Below, in pieces: positions 27,681 to 41,492 of a stretch of 64,000 bases of DNA (positions are counted from its first letter, which is position 1; each line of letters starts with the position of its first letter). This DNA comes from Rhizodiscina lignyota (lineage: Eukaryota). A model generated the notes under the pieces. The model was not told the DNA's origin. It worked only from the letters and a program-made list of their open reading frames with translations, and ran no database searches. The position numbers were made by a program, and so were the translations under genes. The stretch covers positions 186,001 through 250,000 of the forward strand of contig ML978126.1 in the NCBI GenBank assembly GCA_010015805.1, read 5' to 3'.

Positions 27681-28194
27681 TCAAGAGGCAGAAGCGACAG
27701 GTCCTTCGCCGCCTGGAATTAACTGAATATTAAGTGAGCGAAAATTGGAAGCCGACATTGTAAATTTGTGAGATCTTACCATGCAGATGTTGTTGCCATT
27801 CAATAGGATCTTCGATAGCTTCATCTGAGAGCCGGTATAGTCGCTAAGGAACAGTCAGAAACATAGTGAGTGGCATGAAGGTGTTCAACGCACAACTCCG
27901 TTACGTCTTCGAGGACCATATCTTGTTCACGTCAGTGAGGCCTTCCACTCTAAGGGAACGAGGAGAATACATACTGACATAGTCATCGAATCCCAGCAGT
28001 GTGCCGCTGAATTCTAGAGAGGTGTCAGAGAAATGATATTCCGATGACTGCCACGAGCTTGTTACCTTTGTCGCCTTTCATGATGACCCATATTCTCGAA
28101 CCAACGCATTTATCGATCAGCTCTTATGCAAGGTCAGTATTGCCAGATTTATATTATTCAGTCACTAACCTAATGGCAAAAGTTGTGAAGCCAT
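27681..28194 (-). CDS. LSM5: U6 snRNA-associated Sm-like protein Lsm5
   Basis: Six small exons splice to [84 protein letters not shown]. Missing from the ORF track. Confidence 0.97.
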
Positions 28195-28411
28195 TTTGTA
28201 GACGGTTGTGGAGATGTGGAAAGAGTTGAACGAGGGCGAAGTGTATTTATGCACTAGCGCGAGAGTAATTTTAGACTAAAGCGGCTAAAGCATCTCAGGT
28301 TTTAAATTTTGAAGACCCCCATCTGCCTTTGTGAAGGGTAGGACGCGACGCCTCTGGATTATATCCTTCGGGCTATTACACGATAGACTCAGAGGACTGA
28401 GATGGAGGGGA

Positions 28412-31400
28412 ATGCTGCACTGCTCACTCAAGGCCAGCTCTCAGCTTCGGCGATCCAACTCGCGCATTTGCATATTCCCATGGCGATGGCACCGTTTCAT
28501 AGTGCAACAAGGGCTCGGTGTACATCCTTCAACTCCTCAATTGGCCAGTGATAATTGCTACAAGTATGCCATAGGACATGTAGAGTTATATCAGAGCTAA
28601 TTAGAACAGTCTTCAAAAGCGATGCAGACACCAGCGGCCTTTTCTGCCTCATCCATCCACACCTTCGTCGCTCCTTACCGACGGCTGTTCCAATTTCGAG
28701 ACGTTCAGGCCAACCAATGGGCCATATGGAGGCCAGGGCAACAGCTATGCCTGGAGAGTCCGCAGGATGGGACTACTGGAGGGGCAAGCACCGATACGAT
28801 TTAAGACACTCCCATGCGCGCGTCCTACCCGCGTGCGGCTTTTTAGCAGTTCAACACGATGCCTGGAACGCCGATTCGGACCTGCTCGGGCTGTCAGGCG
28901 TTCTGTAGGCCCCATAAATCCCGCTGCAATTGTGAAGGCTCAGGTGAATGCAGCACACGCAGAAAAGAAAGCAGTGGAATACAATCAATGGAGAGAGAGG
29001 GCAAAGCAGGTGCTGGCAGCACACTCCAATCAAAGAGCGCTGGCGGAAGCCCGATTGTTACGGCAGAGACGCGAGAAGGCAATGGCCGCAGATAACGCCA
29101 GGACGCTAGCAGAAGCGGCGCTCCAGACGCAGTGGAAGCTGAACAGTGCACGTCAGTTGGCAGCAAATGATGCCGTAGGAGAGAGGCGACTTCGACAGGA
29201 AGAGGACGAGAAGCGGCGGAGACGGGAAGTCGATCAGTTGACTATCCAAAGAGCCTTAGACTCGATCAGGGCGCTAGACACGAAAAGAGAGTTACGGTTG
29301 AAAGACCAGCGGGGCAGAATTCGCCTTATCAGCACAAGCGACGAGGTTGCTGAGAGAGCAAAGGCTCGCAGTAGCTATGAGAGTTTACACGATCTTTTCG
29401 ATCCTGCCGTGAAAGATGCGGCTGCTATCCGAACGTTGCTGGGCAAACTGGTGTTGCCTTTCGAGCATCGAGAGCGCAGTTTGAAGCAATTAACCGATCT
29501 TATGGCTCGAGCACGAGAGTCTGTGACGGGTTTGTTGCAGATGATCCTCACCAAGCCTTCTGATTCGGCCACAGCGCCCGCACGGGCTGCGAATTCCGTC
29601 CTGCAAGGAGCTTCTCACATTCTTGAGAAGATCTATCTCCACAGCCGTTACGAGACCCGCTATATGAAGTATAAATTGGTCGAGTATCGGCGACAATGCA
29701 ATGATGTCCTGAGCGCTTCACACCAAGCCAGAGACTTGATCAGATTCAAACGCTTTGTCTATAAAAACTCCGCCAGTATTTCGCCCGAGCATTATCTGGA
29801 CACCCTAGACTTTCAATTCAGATATCTCTCCAATCAATACCTGCATGCCGCAGAATCATTAGAGGACGAGGCTCATCGGCTCGTGGAAGTAAGCCCTCTC
29901 AACTCAACCTACGAAGATTTCGCTCAAACCGACTTTCGGACCGGAACCTATGGTCCAACTGGATACCTTATAAAAATCACACCGACAGACTCGGGATGCT
30001 TACAGCAGACTGGGGGTGCCAAATTCACTAGGATCCTACGAAAGATAACTGAACGTGCCCGAGTATCAAAGTCAATCGTCGACAATCAGATTTCTGGCCA
30101 GTATGGCCTATCCAGACGACTGGCTGTAAGGCGGTTACTCGACGCATCTCTGCTGGAGCAAGCGCGGTTCCGCTGGTCGACTTCCATTAACGATCACGTA
30201 AGAGCTTTGAACCGCTTGACAGGCGGCCTCCGGGCTATTCGGGCCAACGACTTGGGTGAACTGCCACCAACGATCGTGCGTGAGCGGCTTATGATTTTCG
30301 ATACAATTGTATCGGAATTGCTGCATGTCATCTGGGAAGTGGGAGACGCAGTCCGTGATTACAACAGGGCCCTGAACGAAAGACTGGGCATCGATGATCA
30401 GAAAGGCTTACTTCAAGACCAAGCAGCTTCGTTACGGACATTCATCTTGACAAGACTGGAACAGATGGAGGTACAAAATGTGGCTTCAAGGCGAAATTCA
30501 ATTGCCACAGCGGCAAGCATTCGTCGCATTTCGAGTTCCGCTAAGAGGGAAACTGGTCCTGCGTTGCGGGAGAAAGCTGCTATAAAACTACTTTCTAGAA
30601 GGAGAAGGCGTCGAGGTTCCACTAGCATGAGTGGTGACCGTCCGGACGTCAAATCTAAAAAGGCGTCCGAACCTCATTCTTTCGATGAAGGCAAACTACA
30701 CGCCTTTACAGAAGAGACTCGGAAATGGCGCGCCGTCAAAATTGACGCGGCAACTGGCGCTGGAGGGAAGCAAACAGACGTCAACCAAGGAGGAAATGAT
30801 GCAGCTGCAGGATCATCTTCATCGACCATCAAATTTAAGTCCTTTAGATCTATAAAGCTCTCATCGCAGCCGAAGGATAACGCGACCATTCAATTGAACC
30901 ACGCTAAAGAAGAAAAGCCGCGCTCCGTTTTGAGATTACGAGAGACCAGATCGGCAAAAAGAAAAGCGGCCAGAAGGAAGCAGCGAGAAGACAACGTACG
31001 ACATGAACTTGGCGCCGCAGCTCAAAGGAACAAAATAGTGCAAGAAGAAGATCGATGGGGTGTACCAACTGGAGATGCTGATACTGTCGGTTTCGGTGGA
31101 TTTCGCCCAAGTACACCCTGGCAGTTACCAGTTGGTGTACTAGGAAAGGAACATGCCCTCATGGAGGCAGAAGACATGAGCCCATCCGAGGATTCTGAAA
31201 TTTGCAAGGACCGAATGGAGCGCGCCCCTCTTTCATTCCAAATCCCCGAGGAAGTTCTAAGCCGAGCTCTACACGCGCCTCCAGGAGCGCAAATTGCATA
31301 CTGGAGCCATGATATATACCGAGGGCCAAATGGGGAGAAAGTGCTCGTTCACTACTGCAAATCAAAAGCAACTGTTGAGCAAGTCGCACAGCTCTTCCTC

Positions 31401-32696
31401 GCAGAACCAGTCGTCGGTTTCGACATTGAGTGGGCCCCATATGCGAAACCAAATATGGGGCCCAAGGCTAACACGTCTCTCATTCAGTTGGCCTGTGAGA
31501 ACCGTATTGCTCTCCTCCACATCGCGCTTCACAAGGGCGAGGGGGTCGAGAATTTGGTCGCACCGTCGTTGAAGCAAATTCTTGAATCTCCGGACATAGT
31601 GAAGACTGGGGTGTCGATTGGTTCCGATTGCACGCGCCTGGAAGAATCGCTCAAGATTAAGGTCAAAGGGAGACTGGAACTGAGCCATTTGCATAAGCTT
31701 GTCAAGTACCGTGACACAGAGCCACATCTGGTTAACAAACAACTCGTTTCCCTTGCAAGACAAGTGGAAGAACATCTGGCACTACCGCTGCTCAAAGGCG
31801 GCGTGAGGACAAGTGACTGGAGCAGGGAGTTGACGCACGAGCAGGTGAGGTACGCCGCGACCGATGCATATGCTGGGTACCGGTTGTTTGATGTGTTGGA
31901 GAGGAAGCGGCTGTCCATGACACCGGTTCCGCCAAAGCCGCACTTCGTCGAGCTTGGATTACCCATTGACCTGGGCAAGACGGTCCCGCCGCGAGAGACG
32001 AAGAAGAGCGATCGCAGTGTCGGAGGAGTGGATTCTTCCGATATGACAAGTTCCGATAAAACACCAAACGATGCGGCAACCACATGCTCGAGCAATCGTC
32101 CGGACATTGAGGTTCCTATCCCAGATGAATTCAATCAAAATGTCGACAAAGTGCAACCTACCAAGGCGTCTCCTGATGCGGGTGGGAGCATGCCAACGCT
32201 TGTCGGACGTCTCCTCGATCGATTCTGGCGGAGGGGGGATAAGAAACAAGCCTCGGACAATGGATCTGCAGACCGGACAAGAACAGTTGATCAGCGAGAA
32301 GCACAGGTACAACCCGAATCTGGACCGGTATCCTCGAAGGTCGACCGCGCTGCGATGAAAAAGCACCAGTCTCCCATCAAAGCTCCCGAAGTAGAGCAAG
32401 CGGAGGCTTGGATTGCTGAGTATGAGGCAAGCCTTTCACCTCCGCGCACTCTCAGAGCCTCTCGTACCCAACTGAGGGCGTATGCTCTGTGGCAGTTTCA
32501 CGGGTTATCCGTGAGAGAGGCGGCAGCGGTACTTCGTGATCCACCCTTGAAAGAATCGACAGTAGCTTCGTACATTATGGAAGCCATTCGCGTAGAGCAA
32601 CTCGATTTCAAGAAAGAGCGTTTGTTAGAGGTTTATGCAATGGTCCCATGGCAGGCTCTGGGAATGTACCGAACTCTTATGAGTCGCCTGAAATAG
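28412..32696 (+). CDS. WRN/EXD2-type DEDDy 3'-5' exonuclease with very long N-terminal extension
   Basis: ExoI GFDIEW, SLIQLA, SDW and ExoIII YAATDAY; C-terminal HTH-like LRAYALW..LSVREAAAVLRDPPLKESTVASY. Proposed exon 1 starts at 28412 and joins the large ORF in frame via intron 28564-28609; the start is uncertain. Confidence 0.85.
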
Positions 32697-33829
32697 AGCG
32701 ACGATAGTCTTCGGTTTGTATATATACGAGACAGCAATGGCCGATACCCTTGCCTTTCTATAGATGTTATAGAACCGTTCAAGAAGAGCCAGATCTCATC
32801 TACTTCGGGTCGCTCGGGAGGAACCGATAGTGACCCGCTGTGCAGCGGCATCTAGCGCGCCTCAACGCTTTCCCCAGACTTTCGTGCATGTCAAGCCTCG
32901 TTATGACTGATGTCATTATGAAATTTCATGTTTCACAGTTTGACTACGTCGTAAGATACATGCAAATCGCAATTTTGGTGATTTATACGTCAGGTGACTT
33001 GATCGTCAACACCTTGCAGCTTGGCCGTCTCCACTTTGCCAAATCCACGACAGCCGTTCCAAAGCTGTGGTCGAAAATGTCATGCTCACTGTTCCAGAAC
33101 ATTGGTTTATGACTGCAGTGGAACATTTCTGCACACCAGGCGTATGGACATTCGATGCATCGCCCTATCTACGTCGTACCTGACCCGAGTGACTAACCCT
33201 GCCTTTTTGCTGATGGGAAGCTATCTCCAGCCAAGTTTCCTATCTATCTCTGCTCCACGATCAGCCCCACCAGCCGCAGCGGGCTTTCTGCCGCCCAGAT
33301 CATTAGAGAATGGTTTCCGCCCAGTTGAGTAAAAGAACCCATTATCTATACGCTAACAGCGGTTCCAGAAGACATTCCTGGGGAGGGCAGGGTTCAATCT
33401 CTCGGATGCTGAGACGCGAGCGGCAACCCTTATCGCGACCTCCAAACAACCCTGCTTTATGCCGTGTGAACGGTTGTGCATGGTCAGGCATATTCCAGAT
33501 ACAGTTGCAGTGGATATGCCCCCGTAACGACCGCTTTTCCATGATCCATTACGCCCAGCTTGCCAAGGGACTGGGGACGTATCCTGGGTGCTGCTACCGG
33601 TAAATCAAGCGAAGCATGAGACAGCCCGCTTCGTTCGATGGCTGGAACGAATGGGAGAGCTGATGTCTGATTTGTAGTTTCGTTCTGGTAAGTCGATGCG
33701 TGAGCATGGATCGAGTGTCAGAGGGATTGACGTCTGACGGTTCATATTTGGATTTCTCGCACCTTTTCTCAGTCCGTTTCTTCTCCTCCCTTCCCTTCTC
33801 CATTGCCTTCAGTCCTGTTGAGAGCAAAG

Positions 33830-35786
33830 ATGGGCAATCCGACGGAAGAAGATGTATATGGAGGGAGCAACGAGAATGGCAATGACAACGGCATCGAGAA
33901 GGACGTTGGGAAAGAGACGCCAGTGTACGAACGAAGAGCTTCGATCACGTCTCAACGAAAAGGCTCTGTCACTGAGACGCTTGGCCATGACCTTTTCGAC
34001 GAGCGATATGAGCGCACGCAGCGTGGTCTCAAGTCGCGCCATGCGCAAATGTAAGTTCGGAATTTCCGAGACAGCGCATGTTGATCTTGGCTGACCCCAC
34101 GTGAATAGGATTGCACTTGGTGGAACGATTGGTACAGGTCTATTCGTCGGGAGTGGTCAGACATTAGCAAGAGGCGGACCGGCCTTCATTCTCAGCGCAT
34201 ACATTTTCATGTCTTTCCTCATCTTCTGCGTTGTTACCGGGATAACTGAAGTCGCCGCGTACCTGCCGACTCCCGGAAGCTCCATGAACCTCTTCGGATA
34301 CCGATACGTTTCACGATCAATGGGATTCTCACTTGGATGGCTATATTTCTATTCGTTGGGTATCCTGGTACCCTACGAGATCACTGCTGCTGGGCTGGTC
34401 ATCGACTATTGGAATCCTCCGGTTAACATTGCGGTTTGGGTGACGATCATGCTTGTCGTGATCGTAGGTCTAAATACCCTTCCCGTGCGGTTCTACGGCG
34501 AAACGGAATTCTGGTTCGCGGGCACAAAGGTGGATAATATCTGAAATGTCATTTGAGAAAAGCGCAGTGCTGACGGACTTTCTCCAGATCATCATGATGA
34601 TTGGCCTCTTGCTCGTGTCGATTGTCATCTTCTTCGGTGGTGAGTTCGGTGTCGCTGGAACTTGGCATGCTGACTCCAGCTGATATGAGTGCACAGGTGG
34701 ACCATCGCACGACCGACTTGGCTTCCGCTATTGGAATCACCCCGGAGCGGCTAATACTTACCTTGCGTCCGGAAACACTGGGCGTTTCCTAGCGTTGCTC
34801 TCTACAGTCGTCTTGTCTGCATTCCCGTTCACCTTTGCTCCAGAGTTGATGGTAGTCACGGGTGGTGAGATGAAAAATCCACGGCGGAACCTCCCAACCG
34901 CTGCTCGCCGTTACATCTATCGCCTTCTGTTCTTCTATATATTCTCTGTTCTCGCAATCGGCGTCATCTGCCCATCGAATGATCCCGCCATAACCGACGG
35001 CGGTGCCGGCGCCGGAAGTTCTGCTTTCGTTATCGGCATCAGGAACGCAGGGATCAATGTCCTCCCCTCGATCATCAATGCCGGCATCATCATCTCCGCC
35101 TGGAGCTCTGGAAACTCCTTCCTGTATCTATCCAGCCGTTCGCTGTACTCGCTCGCTCTGTCGGGGAATGCTCCGTCATTCTTCAAGGCGTGCACCAAGA
35201 GCGGCGTGCCATACCGAGCTGTAGCATGCTCGAGTCTCTTTACAGCCCTCGCATACCTCAATTGCGGAACCTCGGGCGCCATCGTGTTCAATTGGTTCGT
35301 CAACCTGACCAATACTTCAGGCTTCATCTCGTGGATCTGCTGCGGAATCATCCTTCTGAGGTTCCGCAAAGCGGTCAACGCCCAGGGTGTAACGGACTTG
35401 CCATATCGCAGCTGGATGCAGCCGTGGGGTTCTTGGTGTTCAATCGTCGGATTCACATTTCTCTGCCTGATCAACGGGTTCAACGTGTTTTGGCCGCAGT
35501 AAGTGCCCGATCTCTCGAGTGCCGCACGGTCGTGGCAGCCTACTGACATATGCACGACAGGAACTGGAGCGCATCCTCGTTCCTGACCGCTTACATTGGA
35601 ATTCCAATTTTCCTGGTCATCTACTTTGGCCACCGCATTTACACGTGGTCCGATCCGTGGGCGCATGATCCAACAGTGGTGGATCTCCAGACCGGCATGG
35701 CGGAGGTGCTGGCAGAAGAGAAACCGCCGAAGCCGAAAGACCCCAACCAGAAGATATGGGGCTTTATTAAAGGGATCTGGGAGTGA
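33830..35786 (+). CDS. Amino acid permease (APC/YAT family, proline-permease-like)
   Basis: TQRGLKSRHAQMIALGGTIGTGLFVGSG, YGETEFWFA, GEMKNPRRNLP and SSRSLYSLA; four introns. Confidence 0.93.
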
Positions 35787-36460
35787 GTTTAATCTAATGA
35801 GTATGTAATTCTGCGAGCGTATGCCGGTCCAATACCAGGAAGTATACTGTACACCAGGGTGATACATATTCCCATGTAATGATCAATAATCAAACCAGCC
35901 TATGGGACTCTCGCCAAGACAGCCCATTCCTTATATGTTTCTCATGTTGGGAATCTTGTGCACGTCAGCGAAACGATCTTATAGCTGTTATACCAATGAA
36001 GTCCGCGTATGCACACGGCCATTGGTGGGGCTCACGCATTATATCCGAATAGTTACGCTTACATGTGGGGTATCTTTGTCTTCATCCAACATCACCTTTC
36101 CAAGTTCGCTCCATCTAAAGTAATATAAAAGCTCTCGTGTAGCCTCTTGGCGCAGAATATTTGTCAATGTCTCGGGCGAGCTCTGCACGTTTACTGTCAA
36201 GGAGAACGATAAGTCGCGTTATGGAGCTTCCTACAATCGTTGGTGTACACTCCATTCTGTTCCTGGTTTATTTTCGTTGGGAATATAAAAGCATGCAAAT
36301 GGAGGTGAGCTAAAGTCCCATCAGCGTCTCCGCGTACACATCTTGCAAGGACGACAAAGTCTTCCCTTCTCCACGCTCGAGCATCGATATCTCCGCAATC
36401 ATCTGGTTGTCTTTCTCATCTTCTCTTCTCTTCCTGACGCCCCGCGAATCACCACGCACC

Positions 36461-36808
36461 ATGCGCTTCACCCACATTCTAGCGTTCTGGGCGACGTCTG
36501 CACTGTCCGCCCACGCCTGGACACTGTCCCAATTCTTCGACCAAGGCTGCAATCCAAGCAACCAAGACACCGATCCCATCTCCGGCAGCGGGACGATGGG
36601 GTGCCAGAACTTCGGCACCACGCCGGGCTCCTTCGACTGGGAAGGCCAGGATGGCTTCGAGCTGGTCATCTTCTTCGAGCCGGGCTGCGGGCAGAGCAAC
36701 TTCCCGGCGCAGGGCTTCATCAAGAGTGGGTGCGAAAATCAGTTGGGGCAATTCGGGGCGGGGAGCTGGGAGGTGATAACGTGCGCTGGGCCTGGGTGTA
36801 CGGCATAG
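36461..36808 (+). CDS. Small secreted cysteine-rich protein (115 aa)
   Basis: Signal peptide MRFTHILAFWATSALSAHA; 6 Cys; intronless; GC-rich third positions; TATAAAA near 36283. Confidence 0.82.
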   Translation: MRFTHILAFWATSALSAHAWTLSQFFDQGCNPSNQDTDPISGSGTMGCQNFGTTPGSFDWEGQDGFELVIFFEPGCGQSNFPAQGFIKSGCENQLGQFGAGSWEVITCAGPGCTA

Positions 36809-39258
36809 AGAGGGGGCCGGGAAGTTCGTGAGCTGTAAGCTTGTCAGTTCTCGCGCGAAAAAGTGAATGGTCGAGACAGACCTGTATCTTCTCCGAGTGT
36901 TTTGTCTGTTCGCCGTGACATAATGTGTTTCCAAATTCAGAGTGGAGAAGAAATTCCTTCTAAGATTGACATGATGATAAATATGAAAAGGAAGCTGTTG
37001 CAAATAGCGCAGTTAATGGTGCTAACCAGCGCTTTGCTCGCCGACTATCTCTGGTCTTAGGAATATAGATCATGTAGCATCAAGGAGATTTGTGCAAATA
37101 AAGCAATAGAGCTTGAGAGTGTCTGTACTACTCACTCCATACCTCTGGTGAACACCGTTCACATTACCGTACCTGTTGGTTCCATTGGCACTCTGCACTA
37201 AATGCAGCGGCTTCGGAATTGCTTTTGATGTGACCCATACATCAAAACAGCGCAGCGCCTCAATCTGGCTGTCTTTGTGAAGAGGTGGTCCACTCTCTGC
37301 CTCGGACGGGAGTTACGAGGCCGAGTTTACATAGGGGACATCGCAGTTCCAATAACGTAAACCAGTACAGTACTCGGAAGTTGGTACTTCGGTTGAACGA
37401 AGAACATCAAATAATTAGAGTAACGGTAGGAGGAACTGAAATGATGGAGAGGTAGCAAAAGGGGCAACGGCTCAAACATGATTTTCTTCCTCTACCAAAT
37501 GCTCTGGGTATGGGATAGGCTAATAGCGCTTGAAAAGGCAAGAAGATGCCGGAATCTCTTCGGTACGACTACCGGCAATGGAAGTCTTCTAGAAAAGGAC
37601 AGCACGGCAAGTTCCTTTCGGATGGCGGAACATGGCCATTCCTCTCCCAATACGGAGATACCTCAGGCTGCCAGGCTGCCAGGACTGACGCGGTCAGACG
37701 TGCAGTGTATGTCCAAGTTTTCGTTTGCCTACTCGGATATGTGCCGCCTCATGCTCGTTTACGTTTGATTCCAACAGTTCTAGTGTCTTCCGTAGGCGAT
37801 CGAAAATGAGCTTGACGGCCGCACGAAAAGGAACCGGCGATGGCAAAAGGCTTCAGAAAATTTCTTCCATCTATGACGAATGTCCTGGTAGCCTGTCATT
37901 TGAGGCTGAAATCCTCGTAGGCCAATTCGATTGATTTTTGGATGTCACACACAATAAACGCTTCTTCGGCATGCCGAGGAGAGGCTCCGTGGGCCTGACC
38001 GTGGTAGATAATGGCGGGCCGGCGGCCGACGCTGTCAGCATAAGATCCTGGCTTTAAGCTCTATCTCGACATCATGCTAAACATCTGTCGGTTGATCTTT
38101 AAGCGAATAGCAGCTCCATGCCCCTCAGGATCTACGCAGCAATATAAAATTTCAGGATTGCGTCTGCATGAATCGTGCGCTCGCAACATGTACCAACTTG
38201 CGGCTCGGTCGAAGCACCAAGCACGTACGGCAACTCCGACAGGGCCATAGGGCCAGGGCCAGACCTAAAGGCATTCCGAGCACCCTCGTGTCTTCTGGGT
38301 TCCAAGTCGGGGCAATTCGGTAGGAAAATGTCAAAGGTCATGAGAGATGTGGCAGCATTGGCAATGCAAGCAGAAAGAATCCTGTTGGATTTGCCCTCTT
38401 GGCTTGGACTCGTATAAGGAAGATTTAGGGCCGCCTTCGGTATTCAAGCCTCACATCGGCGTTCAGGCCTGGGGTGACTCACGAGGTTAACGAATTCCGA
38501 TTCATTTTCTGTGCCACGCTAAGTCGTATTACGAGGCTGGACTCGCACTAGTAACGTAAGGAATACACCAAGGCCAGTAGCTGTTCATAGTCGGAGAGTA
38601 AAGGAGTAGTTCCACAGGTCTCGCGGCCGATGCTTTGATAGGAGGCCCGGGCTCGACCTTCAATCGGACTTTATATTGGACCGTCTGGGTAGCTGATTGG
38701 CTGGACGGTCGATGGACAGCTTGCACTCTGCACCTCTGTGGCTGCAGGAGGAGGGGTGCACAGCGAAAGGAGGTCGACGGTAGATTGAGCGACCAGTGAT
38801 AGTGCGCACGTTAATGATGCGTCATGCATACTTGCGAGGAAAGCGATTTGGGCGCGGCGAGTGAAGGCGCAAGCGATTCTGTGGAGGTTGAGGACGATTC
38901 ACGGGGCAGTGAGGCGCACATGGGCTGGCGAAGTCTGGCACGCGCCGGCGGCACGCTAGCGACACCTGCCGAGTGTAGGCGAATCACCGAATGCGCCTCC
39001 CTTCTGCTCGCATCCTCGCTGCTGGTGCGTCGCCGGAACGGGCACTCGACGAGCCGTAGGCATCAAGAGAGCACATCACCACTTCTTGAAAGCAATGCCG
39101 TCCCGACCCATCTTTCGCCCTGCCGACTGCTGCTTTCATCCACCGTGAATGCTCCCATTCATCAGTGCCGGCCTTTGTTAACATTCTCGCGAGCGACCAA
39201 TTGCCCCACCATTTTTTGTTTGCGACTTCCAAACAAAACGTCCTGACGCAATTTTTCA

Positions 39259-41492
39259 ATGGGTGCCACCGACGCCAAAGATTCATCCCTCCGGCCTCCC
39301 AGCAACGGCTCCTTGAAAGATTCGACCACGACAATTGCGAGGAGCGGCTCGCCTTCCCTCATGGACGTGGAGAAGGAAAAGATGGAGGGCCCCGCCACCG
39401 AACAGCCTCGAACGAGTTTGGAGAAGGAAACCGCCGTGGAAAAAGAGGCAGAAGTGCACCACCCTGCAGTTCCTGATCCCCATTCGCTCAAGGACGAGGT
39501 TCAGAATGCGGTAGAAGAAGCGAAGGAACAAGACAGCGGCGACAATCAAGAGGAGGATACCTACGACTATCCGAAAAGCTGGAAGTTGGGTCTCATCACG
39601 ATTGCGCTATGTCTCTCGGTTTTCTGCATGGCCCTCGTACGACATCCGCAATGCAAACGGCTCTCAGCTCGGCAGCCATTGGCTAATGTTGGCGTAGGAC
39701 AATACCATCATCGCAGTAGCAATTCCCAAAATCACCGACCAATTCCACGCCTTGGACGACGTTGGCTGGTATGGCAGTGCCTATCTTCTCACCACCTGCG
39801 CGTTTCAGTTGATGTACGGTAAATTGTACACCTTCTACTCGATCAAGTGGATATACCTGGTCGCACTGTTCGTCTTCGAGCTCGGCTCTTTCATCTGCGG
39901 CATTGCACCCACCTCAGAAGCCTTGATCGTCGGTAGAGCGATTGCTGGTCTCGGCTCCGCGGGAATTTTCTCAGGTGCTATCCTCATCGTCGCACACACC
40001 GTTCCATTGGTACAACGTCCGTCATACACTGGCCTGATTGGTGCGATGTACGGCATCGCCAGTGTTGCGGGTCCATTGTGAGTGCATCTTTCCTATTCTG
40101 CATCGATATGCCGCTCAACTAACCGTTGCTGAAGGATGGGAGGCGCTTTCACTGACCGATTGACCTGGCGGTGGTGTTTCTGTAAGTTCATGAGGCTCTC
40201 GAAAATGAAATTGCCACGTCCAGATTGCTAATGCGCCGCAGACATCAACCTACCGTTCGGTCTTGTCACTGGCATTTTCATCATCTTCTTCTTCACTGCT
40301 CCCAAGCACGAGAAGGCCGCGAAGATGAGCTGGAGGGAGAAGCTTAGCCAGATGGACTTTCTTGGCACGGTCATGTTCATGCCTGGGGTCATCTGTCTCT
40401 TGCTCGCTCTTCAATGGGGAGGGTCAAAATACCCGTGGGGAAATGCTCGTATCATTGTCCTCTTCGTCCTCTTTGGCCTCCTCATGATGGCATTTATCGG
40501 AATCCAGATCTGGAAGCAAGAGGGGGCAACCGTGCCTCCTCGCGTTTTCAAGAACCGCAATGTGTGGGCTTCTGCATTGTTTGGTGCTTGCTTGGGAGCC
40601 GCCTTCTTCATTCTCGTCTTCTACGTACGCATGCCCCCAGCAACATACAATGGTTTTATTCATGCTAACGAACTCACAGCTACCAATTTGGTTCCAGGTA
40701 TGATATTACAACTATGGAAAGAAGACTAGATTGCTCTATCTAGTACGTCTGGTATTATTTACTAACTTCTCTACTTAGGCGATCAAAGGCGTTTCTGCCG
40801 TCAAATCGGGCATCATGTCGCTACCCATGATTCTGGGCCTCGTCGTTGTTTCCCTCATCGCTGGCGGCACCGTCACTCTGCTGGGCTACTACACGCCCTT
40901 CATGCTGGCATCTTCGGTCCTCATGGCCATCGGTGCGGGCCTCCTTTCCACATTCAAGCCGGACACTGGACATGCCAAATGGATTGGATACCAATTCATC
41001 TTTGGTGCTGGCGTCGGCTGCGGAATGCAGCAGACTCTGATTGCCATTCAGACCGCTCTTCCCTTGGCCGATGTTCCCGTGGGCACGGCCGTCATGATGA
41101 TGGCTCAGACGCTAGGCGGTAAGTCTTATATCCACAGCTTCATGAGATTCATGGAATGGGCTCTGATCATCTCTATAGGCGCCCTCTTCATCTCCGTCGG
41201 CCAGAACGTCTTCGCGAACCAGCTCATCAAGAACCTCGCCACGCAGATCCCCAACTTCCCCGGCATAACCGGCATCGTCCAGAGCACCGGCGCGACGGAG
41301 CTTAACGGCGCTATCACGAAACAATTCCCTCAGTACCTCAGCCGCGTGCTGCTAGCGTACAACGATGCGGTCGCCCAGACGTTCTACGTGTCCGTCGCCA
41401 TGTCCGCGCTCAGCATCTTCGGTGCCGTAATGGTCGAATGGAAGAGCGTGAAGGGCGACAAAAAAGCCAGTCCCGCCGTTGCTGTTGCATAA
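39259..41492 (+). CDS. MFS drug:H+ antiporter (DHA2, 14-TM) efflux pump
   Basis: [57 protein letters not shown] and [11 protein letters not shown]; many introns including an 18-nt microexon at 40680-40697. Confidence 0.95.

Noticed and set aside
33193..33200. CTAACCCT as a possible telomerase template
   Set aside because: It is a single 8-mer in the permease promoter with no supporting structure.
37223..37247. 9-bp perfect hairpin TTTTGATGT..ACATCAAAA
   Set aside because: It is isolated, AT-rich and short enough to arise by chance.
33830..41492. Secondary-metabolite cluster around the DHA2 pump
   Set aside because: There is no PKS, NRPS, terpene synthase or cluster regulator in the window, and the neighbours are housekeeping genes.
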